This document shows positions 56,865 through 64,000 of a stretch of 64,000 bases of DNA, piece by piece. Each line of letters begins with the position of its first letter. Positions within the stretch are counted from its first letter, which is position 1. The stretch lies in IMG/VR virus record IMGVR_UViG_3300046457_000175, positions 1-64,000 of that record; one strand, given 5' to 3'. This DNA is from a virus. The notes under the pieces were generated by a model. That model was not told where the DNA came from. It did no database searches and saw nothing but the letters and a program-made list of their open reading frames with translations. Position numbers and translations under genes: made by a program.

Positions 56865-58928
56865 TTAGAAGATGACCTTGACGGTCCGGTTGAAACTGCC
56901 CTTCACTTTGACCAGGAGTTCGTTCCGCTGTGTGCTGGAGAACCCGAGACCGCTGATCTGGTCGGCCGACGACTCGGCCTTCATCTTCGAGCCGACCAGC
57001 TCGATGACCTTCCGATGCTTGTCGAGTTCTGCCCTGAGAAACTCATTGTAGAACCCGCGCGCCTGCCCGTCGTTGAGGCAGCCGTCCAGCATGAAGAAGT
57101 AGTGCTTGTTGCCGACGCCGTGCCCGTTCCAGAAGTTCGGGGACAGCATCATCATGTCGACCTTGTGGAATGCCTGCGTCTGCAGACCCCAGCTGGTCTT
57201 GGTTGTCTGCGAAGTCGGGAGCATCTCCAGGACCTTGAACTGGCCCTTCTTCAGCTCGATCTTCGCGACCGTGACCCACTCCTTTTGCTTGAGCGCGGCG
57301 GGGTACTCGAACTCGTAGAGGTTACCGCCGCACTCGATCTCGGCGCTGAACCCGGAATCCGTGGGAGGGCGCCGCGACCAGTTGTGGATCTTGAAGGTGT
57401 AGACACCCTCAGGCATTTTGCTCAGGCTCGGGAACGTGATGTTCTCGACCGGGACATAGCCCGCCGGCGCCGCATCGACGTAGTCGACGTCCTGGATGCC
57501 GCCAGAGATATGGTCCTTGCGGTTATTCCATCCCACTCGGCGTCCGGCCGGATAGCGGTCGCTGCATCCGCCGGCATGCTCTGACGAGCCCGGCATGAAC
57601 ACATGCAGGTCCATCAGGCTGGCGTTGCGGCCGATGTGGTTCCACATGTGGGTGAACCGCAGCACGCCATCGACGCGGCCACCACGCTGCTGCACCTTCT
57701 GCCGCATCGAGTCCGCGATGTCGCCGTTGTAGGACCACGAGAAGTTGTTGTCCCACTTGAACAGCGGAGCTGCTGTCGGATCGACCGGAGCAACCAGGCT
57801 GACCAGGTTGTTGATGTGCTGGTTCTCCAGCATCACCTCGATCGACTCGGCGTTCGGAACGATCTGCGAGATGAACTTCTCGATCGGCACTTCCTCGACC
57901 TTGTCGAGCTTGCGGGTCGAGGGCTTCTTGGTCGGGATCGTATCGAACACGTCGCCGGTCATGACCTTGCGGACTGCGCCATCGACGAACAGGATGTTCT
58001 CGACCGAGATGTCCGTCTTCGCTGCGTACCGGCGCTCCAGGGCGGACGTCAGCCCCAGCTCGACGATGGTCTCCTTGGCCTTGGCGACCATGGCCGGCGT
58101 GACCAGGGCGGTGCTGCGCTTGTAGTTCTCCGGGGCAACGACAGCCTCGAACTTGCCGACAGCCTTCTCGAGTTCCATGCCCTCCGACAGGTCGACCAGC
58201 AGGGTGCCGATCGCGGTGTTGCGGATCTTGGAGACGGCGCCCGGCAGCGTCTTGATCTGAGACCACACGAACGCATCGCGGTCGGCGACCGGCAGCTCGT
58301 CGAAGGCCGCCTTGACCTTACGGAAGGTGTCGACTGCGAACTTCTGCTCGGTGCCGCGGTACAGCGAGTTCTGAGCGATCAGGTCCAGGACCGTATCGAC
58401 AGCATCCATCGCCAGCTCGTTGCAGCTGCGCAGCAGAACGTCGTGGAGCGCACGGGTGTCGCCATGACGAGGCCCGATCTTGTCGCCAGCGAGGACACTG
58501 GCGGGCGGGATGCGGACGAAGAAGTGGTCCCAGGTCTTGACCTGGCCGAGGACGTCCTCGAAGTTCTTGTCGGTGCCTGCGGTGGCCTCGGTGTAGAGGA
58601 ACTCGTTGTCGATCGGCTTCGATTTGACCAGCGCGGCCATGGCATCGGACACGATCTGGTAGTTCGGGTCGCCGACCTTGCCGTCCCAGATCGTTACGAT
58701 CTTGCCCTCGACGATCGACACGACGTTGCCGACCGCGCGGATGAACTGGCGGCAGCAGCTGCAATCATGCTCGGCGCGCTCGCGGTAGGTCTGGTTGGTG
58801 CCTTCGGGAAAGCTGCCGAGGTAGGCGGCATAGAGGTCATCCTTCTCGACGGTGGTGCAGAACAGCGCACCCTTGCTCATCTTGGCGAACTGCTTCGCGA
58901 CGGCGTTCTTGAACAGACAGAAGTCCAT
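56865..58928 (-). CDS. Large conserved phage protein (about 687 aa) with C-terminal YfaP/TerD-like beta domain
   Basis: YLGSFP..R.EHDCSCCR.FI; DLH..P...DVDY...VENI.F; GNKHYFFML. Confidence 0.7.
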   Translation of the reverse strand: MDFCLFKNAVAKQFAKMSKGALFCTTVEKDDLYAAYLGSFPEGTNQTYRERAEHDCSCCRQFIRAVGNVVSIVEGKIVTIWDGKVGDPNYQIVSDAMAALVKSKPIDNEFLYTEATAGTDKNFEDVLGQVKTWDHFFVRIPPASVLAGDKIGPRHGDTRALHDVLLRSCNELAMDAVDTVLDLIAQNSLYRGTEQKFAVDTFRKVKAAFDELPVADRDAFVWSQIKTLPGAVSKIRNTAIGTLLVDLSEGMELEKAVGKFEAVVAPENYKRSTALVTPAMVAKAKETIVELGLTSALERRYAAKTDISVENILFVDGAVRKVMTGDVFDTIPTKKPSTRKLDKVEEVPIEKFISQIVPNAESIEVMLENQHINNLVSLVAPVDPTAAPLFKWDNNFSWSYNGDIADSMRQKVQQRGGRVDGVLRFTHMWNHIGRNASLMDLHVFMPGSSEHAGGCSDRYPAGRRVGWNNRKDHISGGIQDVDYVDAAPAGYVPVENITFPSLSKMPEGVYTFKIHNWSRRPPTDSGFSAEIECGGNLYEFEYPAALKQKEWVTVAKIELKKGQFKVLEMLPTSQTTKTSWGLQTQAFHKVDMMMLSPNFWNGHGVGNKHYFFMLDGCLNDGQARGFYNEFLRAELDKHRKVIELVGSKMKAESSADQISGLGFSSTQRNELLVKVKGSFNRTVKVIF

Positions 58929-58935
58929 GGTGGCT

Positions 58936-59400
58936 TTAATCCTTGATGATTTCTTTGATGGAGGTGTTGGCGACGAAGCCGAAGAAGCCTTCCTCGGACT
59001 CGACCATGATCGTCTTGTCGGTATCCTCACGGTCGGAGTCGCCGACCACATAGATGCCGTCCGGAGCGTCCTCGTCTCCCTCGACACGGACCTTGTCGCC
59101 GGGATTGACGACAAGAACCCGCATCGCATCGGGAGTTGATGCAGCCTTGTCGTGCCAGACCGAAGACAGCTGCTCGCCGTCCAGGAACAGGCCATCCTCG
59201 CTGAGGACGGCCCGCCCATCGGTGGCGTCGTTCACCGCCACGCGAACGTCCGTGAGGCGGACGACCTCATCTTCATCCTCGCACCCAGCAGCAAGGCGAG
59301 TTTTCACCAGGTCGAAAGCCGGGTGATCCACCGCCAAGGTCCAGGGACGGCCCTTGGCGATGAAGAAGATTGACGTGTCGGTGATGACGCTGGCGATCAT
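58936..59400 (-). CDS. rIIB: Short rIIB-like protein (N-terminal part only)
   Basis: SI.F...G....L..DHPAF..V..RL; directly downstream of rIIA-like gene. Confidence 0.5.
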   Translation of the reverse strand: MIASVITDTSIFFIAKGRPWTLAVDHPAFDLVKTRLAAGCEDEDEVVRLTDVRVAVNDATDGRAVLSEDGLFLDGEQLSSVWHDKAASTPDAMRVLVVNPGDKVRVEGDEDAPDGIYVVGDSDREDTDKTIMVESEEGFFGFVANTSIKEIIKD

Positions 59401-59417
59401 GTTGAGCTCCGGTTGGA

Positions 59418-61544
59418 TCAGGCGGCGAGGTCGAAGTCTTCGACGAGGTCTTCGACGCAGCCGTCCTCGTCGTTGTCGTTCGCGGCTTCGGGTCGGGCGA
59501 GAAGCGAGAAGTAGTGCTTCAGCTTCGCCGCCTTCTCCTGACCACGGTGGCTGTACTCGTACGCTTCGACGATCGTCTTCAGCAGCAGGTATTCATTGCA
59601 GAGAAGATTGAAGCGCGCTTCGATCGCCTGGATCGGACACGTCACTTCCGGCGTGTCGATCTGAACGCCGATCTTTTTCAGTGCCGAATAGGCCTTGTCG
59701 CTCTCGGTTGCTGCGGTCGAGTTGTTTTGCAACGAGCGATAGAGGGTCTTGAGATCACGCATGAATGCGAGAACGTCCTCCGGAGCCTGACGGATCCGGA
59801 TCGTCGCCACTTGCTGAAGGTTGGAGTTCAGGTTGTGGATCGTCTTCTTGTGCAGACCCGTGAACTCAGCGACGTTCACTCGCCCCTTCAGTTCCTCGAC
59901 CATGTCGTTGGCCAGCATGGTCCAGTCGCCCGGAACGTCCTGGTCGCTCGACTTGACGAGGATGACGGTGCCGACCTCGATCAGCTCGAACTCCACCATC
60001 GACCTGATGAAGCTCTCGGTTGAGTTGAAGTCCATCGAGCCGGCCTGGGCATCGTGTAGCCGGTACCAGTCACTCCCGCCGCGACGGCGACGGTACGTCC
60101 CCGGCATGCTCTCGACCATCACGCCGCCCTCGGCCAGGTCAACGTCTTGGGTGAGACGTTGCAGACCGTGGTTGGTGACGACCAAGGTCTTGCGCTTGCG
60201 GATCGTCTTGCTGACCCGTTTGGCGACTGGCACCTTGAAGGTGTCGAGATCGATGACCTCGGGATTGCCGAGCGCATTGAGCACTTCGTCGCGAAACACA
60301 CGCTTGCAGCGCACCCAGAGCACCTTCTGACCGACCAGCTCAGCCATGTGGAAGCGGCTGAGCGAGTAGCTCGGATTGTGCTCGATCACGATCTTGGCGT
60401 CGGCGGCCCACTTCGTGCGGACGCCCTTGTCCTCGAACTTCTCGAACTGTTGCCAGCCTTCCTGGAGCATGTCCGTCTTGAAGTTTGCCTTGACCAGCAT
60501 CGCCGGGATGTAGGCGTCGCGCCACCTCACCACGTCGCGAAGCCGGCCTTGCCGGGTGGCGCCCAGCATGTCGGTCTCGTCGTCGAAGATTTCGGCGGCT
60601 TCGAACAGGGTCTCGGCGGCATCCAGCTTGTCGCGGAGCTGGTCGAGGAAGCTGTCCTCGTACTGCTTGACCAGGTTCTTCAGCGTGGTCCGGGTCGTGT
60701 CATCATAGGCCAGTTCCTCGCGGGACAGCGTGACCTTGAGCGAGCCGATGGGAGCGTCGAACAGAACCTCGTCGCTGACATCGAGGAAGCCGCTGTTCTC
60801 GATCTGGCGCAGGTCGAAGGGATACATGACGCAGCCCATGCGAACGCGCGGACCTTGGAACGGCACGGTGCCGGTCTTGAACTTGGTCCAGTTATCGCCC
60901 TCGCTTTCGACGACCGGCTCCTTCCAGGTGATCGCGTCCCGGGGGAAAATCTTCGGGCGCGGATGGAAGGACCACAGGATGGAGCGAGCGCCACCGACGA
61001 AGTGGTCAATGTCTTCGCGGCGGACGGCGAACGAGACGTCCAGCCCGTTCCGCTCCTCGGTTGGGACGGTGGCCATCAGGCGCATGACCGGAGCGCCGTC
61101 CTGAGCCAGCGAGAGCACATAGGAGCGCATCACGCCGTCATGGTAGGACGTCACGTAGTAGGAGCCGGCGCCGCTGTCCCCGATCAGATAGGCGAACGGG
61201 CTCTTGGAGCCGAGGCCCCAGCCGCCGACCTGCTCGTTGGTGCCGCGCTTGGTCGAGGCGTAGAGACGAGCATAGACGTTGACCATCTGGTCGTGGCTCA
61301 TGCCGGAGCCGTAGTCGCGAACCCGGAACACCGGGTTGAGTCGGGTCGGAAGATGGACCTCGAAGTCGCCGCGGGAAGCGTCCCAGGCGTTGGTGGACAG
61401 CTCCCGGATCGGATACTTGATCTTGTCCTTGGCGAGACCGGAGATCTGGGCGTAGAACGCCACACTGTTCGCCTCGAAGGCGATCTTGATCTCGTCCTGC
61501 ACGCCGGTTGCGACGTCAACGTGGTCCTTCATTCCGAGCTGCAT
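59418..61544 (-). CDS. rIIA: rIIA-like protein with N-terminal GHKL ATPase
   Basis: IRELSTNAWDA, VRDYGSGM, STK..N.QVGG.GLGSKSPFAY, SREEL.YD. Confidence 0.85.
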   Translation of the reverse strand: MQLGMKDHVDVATGVQDEIKIAFEANSVAFYAQISGLAKDKIKYPIRELSTNAWDASRGDFEVHLPTRLNPVFRVRDYGSGMSHDQMVNVYARLYASTKRGTNEQVGGWGLGSKSPFAYLIGDSGAGSYYVTSYHDGVMRSYVLSLAQDGAPVMRLMATVPTEERNGLDVSFAVRREDIDHFVGGARSILWSFHPRPKIFPRDAITWKEPVVESEGDNWTKFKTGTVPFQGPRVRMGCVMYPFDLRQIENSGFLDVSDEVLFDAPIGSLKVTLSREELAYDDTTRTTLKNLVKQYEDSFLDQLRDKLDAAETLFEAAEIFDDETDMLGATRQGRLRDVVRWRDAYIPAMLVKANFKTDMLQEGWQQFEKFEDKGVRTKWAADAKIVIEHNPSYSLSRFHMAELVGQKVLWVRCKRVFRDEVLNALGNPEVIDLDTFKVPVAKRVSKTIRKRKTLVVTNHGLQRLTQDVDLAEGGVMVESMPGTYRRRRGGSDWYRLHDAQAGSMDFNSTESFIRSMVEFELIEVGTVILVKSSDQDVPGDWTMLANDMVEELKGRVNVAEFTGLHKKTIHNLNSNLQQVATIRIRQAPEDVLAFMRDLKTLYRSLQNNSTAATESDKAYSALKKIGVQIDTPEVTCPIQAIEARFNLLCNEYLLLKTIVEAYEYSHRGQEKAAKLKHYFSLLARPEAANDNDEDGCVEDLVEDFDLAA

Positions 61545-61580
61545 TGTCAGTTCCTTCTTGAATGTCTGTGTTGGTTGTGA

Positions 61581-62558
61581 TCAGGAGGCGGCGCTGAACA
61601 GATCGTCGATGTCATCGAAGATGCTGGGCCGGTTGGGTTGCTTCTGCGACTCGGCTTTGCCGTGGACTGCGTCGTGGAGCTGGTCGAAGGTGACGCCGCT
61701 ATTCTCCAGGAAGGCGGCAACCTTGTCGGCGTGGTGCCAGACGATGTCACGAAGGGTCTCCTCGCGACGGTAGCGAAGGCCGCCGAACGAAGCTCCAGAA
61801 CCCTTCGTCGCCTTGAACTTCGGCTTGGCAAAAGGGTCGCGTTCGATCACCAGCTTTGACTGGTCGATCTTGACCATCCAGTTGCGCAGCTCGATCAGGT
61901 GGCCGACATCGAGCGCCTCCTGGGGGCGATGCTCGTTGTAGTAGCCGACCGAAATGTTGGTGCATTCCGCAACCAGGTTTCGGTACTGTTTGGTGTCGGT
62001 CAGCACCCCGGTGTCGTCCAGCTTGAAGCGTGACGGCAGCTGAGCCACCATTGAGTTGCCGAACGTGTCGGAGCAGGTGCGCTGCCCCTGGTGGGTGATG
62101 ACAGAGCCGGTGCCCTTGCGATCGAATGCGATGGCAGCCTGAATGCCGGCGAGCAGCTCGGGCTCCTTCTCGACGATGGCCCGCGATCCCACGCAACCGA
62201 TCTCCTCGGCGAAGTGGAACAAGTAGAGGCCAGGCACCTTCGCCTTGATCATTTCCGCCATGATCCAGACGCCTGCAGCGCAGTCCGCGCCGAGGCAGTT
62301 CGACTTCGAATTGACGGGCAGGGAGATGTACTTCCCGTCATAGTCGACCTTCTGGTAGCCCTCCTTGGAGTGGACGCTGTCGGTGTGCGACGACCACAGG
62401 ACAGCAGGAGCTTCCCCGATCTTCAGTCGCCAGTTGCCGTGCTTGTCCATCTTCGCGCCGAGCGGGATGATGAACCTCTTGATGAACTCCATCTCACTGG
62501 CCGAGCCAGCCGGACGGCGATAAGAGAGCATCGAGATGATGGTTTCGAGATCAGACAT
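61581..62558 (-). CDS. M28/M20-like zinc peptidase
   Basis: SSHTDSVH, LGADCAAG, AEEIG, AFDR, NISVGYYNEH. Confidence 0.82.
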   Translation of the reverse strand: MSDLETIISMLSYRRPAGSASEMEFIKRFIIPLGAKMDKHGNWRLKIGEAPAVLWSSHTDSVHSKEGYQKVDYDGKYISLPVNSKSNCLGADCAAGVWIMAEMIKAKVPGLYLFHFAEEIGCVGSRAIVEKEPELLAGIQAAIAFDRKGTGSVITHQGQRTCSDTFGNSMVAQLPSRFKLDDTGVLTDTKQYRNLVAECTNISVGYYNEHRPQEALDVGHLIELRNWMVKIDQSKLVIERDPFAKPKFKATKGSGASFGGLRYRREETLRDIVWHHADKVAAFLENSGVTFDQLHDAVHGKAESQKQPNRPSIFDDIDDLFSAAS

Positions 62559-62567
62559 GAGGTTTCC

Positions 62568-63848
62568 TTAAGCAACCCGGCGGTGGCGAGTGAGGATGAG
62601 TTCGTTGATGTTGGGGTGACCAGGGCGATCGATGTCATCGACGATGAACATGTCTGCACTCTTGCCGCTGATCTTTGAGAGGACGGTCATGTCGTCCGAG
62701 CCGACGTCGAAGCCGGTGAAAGCCTTGCGACGACCGCGAGGCTTCTTCTGGGGCTGGATCTCCGTGAACTCGTTGCCGTCCTCGTCGTAGAGATCGGCGA
62801 CGCTACGATGCATCCGCTTGTCGCCCTTCTGGACCATCTCGCTCTTGGGCCAGTTCCGTCCCGTGAAGATGCAGTGCTCGCCATGCTCTGCGAACCACTC
62901 CTTGGACCACTGCACTTGGCGGTTCTGAGAGCCGTGACCCAGGAGCACCCTGCAATCGCGGTCCCAAAGCTTTCCGCTGCCAGCGCAGGTGAAGGCGTAC
63001 TGGTCGATCGCATGGGTAGACCACAGTTGATCGGCGCCGTGGACGTACCGCATGTTGCTGACCGGATAGGCGGAGCCGATCTTTGGGCAGCGAGCCTGTA
63101 GGACCGAATGGCCGGACGACGAGCTGGTGACGTACTTCGGGCCAGCCTCTGTCGGAGCGGCAGCAGCCGTCACGAAGTGGTCGCCCATGTCGATGCCGAC
63201 GCCGATGTCGTCGAAGTAAGGCATGACGAACTCGTGTTCGTCGTCTTCGGTCGGGATCTTCAGGAGTCGAGCACCGACGAACGTGTCCTGCTTGTTGCCT
63301 GTCCCCTTGCGGAGATCGTCGTAGCCTTCGTTGGCGAGGGCAGACCGCATCGCTTCGACCGCGCCATAGCATCGGCCATGAAGCTTCTTCTCCGGCCAGC
63401 AGAGCGCGCGTGACTGGATGCGGCCCTTGCTGTTCTTGGTGTAGGCGACTGCCAGGTCGCCAGCGCCGTAAGGAGCGACCGGCCATTCCGGGAGATCGTG
63501 GAAGTCGTGAGCGCCATCCATGCACGACGACGGGCCGTGCTTGTAGACGTAGACGATCTCCTCCGGCGTCGTCGCATAGAAGACCTCGCCGCTCGGATCG
63601 ATGGCAGCGATCAGCTCGCGACGGCGCTTGTCGACCATCTTCCTGTCGTCGGTCTCGTAGAACCGGCTGATGTAGCGGCCCGGAGTGAGGGCGGTCAGCT
63701 TCTGGATGATCCCGTGATCCTCGCTCTCGATGAACGCGATCTTGCTGATGTCGGGAGCCCACAGATGGGCGAAGTGATCTTTGATCGGTTCCAGGTCCCA
63801 CTTCTTTGGCAGCAGTGTCAGCTCGCCCGAATCCAGGCGCTTCTGCAT
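62568..63848 (-). CDS. Conserved phage hypothetical protein
   Basis: PGRYI, SSCM, RAL.W, R.YG, MPY.D motifs; phage-like codon usage. Confidence 0.65.
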   Translation of the reverse strand: MQKRLDSGELTLLPKKWDLEPIKDHFAHLWAPDISKIAFIESEDHGIIQKLTALTPGRYISRFYETDDRKMVDKRRRELIAAIDPSGEVFYATTPEEIVYVYKHGPSSCMDGAHDFHDLPEWPVAPYGAGDLAVAYTKNSKGRIQSRALCWPEKKLHGRCYGAVEAMRSALANEGYDDLRKGTGNKQDTFVGARLLKIPTEDDEHEFVMPYFDDIGVGIDMGDHFVTAAAAPTEAGPKYVTSSSSGHSVLQARCPKIGSAYPVSNMRYVHGADQLWSTHAIDQYAFTCAGSGKLWDRDCRVLLGHGSQNRQVQWSKEWFAEHGEHCIFTGRNWPKSEMVQKGDKRMHRSVADLYDEDGNEFTEIQPQKKPRGRRKAFTGFDVGSDDMTVLSKISGKSADMFIVDDIDRPGHPNINELILTRHRRVA

Positions 63849-64000
63849 CGCAGCTCGCCAGTCGCCTGCCTGAGCAATGCGTCGGCACTGGACCTTGAGG
63901 CCGCTCGAAGCAGCTACTGTTTTGGAAGCCTTTGCTGCATCGGCTCCCTTGTCGAACGTTCCGCAGTCCGGCAGAGGCGTCTCAACGAGATTGCCGTCTG

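Overview
Part of the genome of a high-GC temperate, contractile-tailed (myovirus-like) phage. The host is probably an alphaproteobacterium of the Hyphomicrobiales (Bradyrhizobium-like); this is inferred from host-like nrdJ, dnaQ and a tRNA-Pro fragment. Layout: 1-8045 is a rightward P2-type tail module (sheath, tube, chaperone with a TTTTTTG -1 frameshift, tape measure, gpU/X/D). 8061-10260 is a lysis cassette. 10387-14041 holds a T5 A1-like metallophosphoesterase, a deoxyribosyltransferase-family gene and a dNMP kinase. 14047-49326 is a long, mostly leftward early/middle region with accessory genes, MT-A70 methyltransferase, dCMP deaminase, integrase, an intact attP (3' half of tRNA-Pro(GGG), 25158-25202), AlpA-type excisionase, thyX, TAXI/terC/terB, class II nrdJ, a recombination module, dnaQ, ssb, a split primase-helicase and a replication initiator with internal iterons. 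49453-51734 holds ruvC, a cI-like repressor and a cro-like gene. 51794-64000 is leftward and includes a UvrD-like helicase, rIIA/rIIB-like genes and an M28-like peptidase. Because attP is intact, this is the excised or virion form. The most striking features not explained by the gene list are: (i) about 19 copies of a 16-bp quasi-palindrome, YTTGCWYGAATGCAAA on the sense strand, dispersed over the non-virion genes, nearly all at gene starts and co-oriented with transcription (stoperator-like); (ii) 17 non-virion proteins ending in Ala-Ala, a ClpXP-type degron; (iii) a counter-oriented two-gene moron made of paralogous domains, one fused to a KdpD-like membrane domain. All product calls come from motif recognition; no database searches were run.
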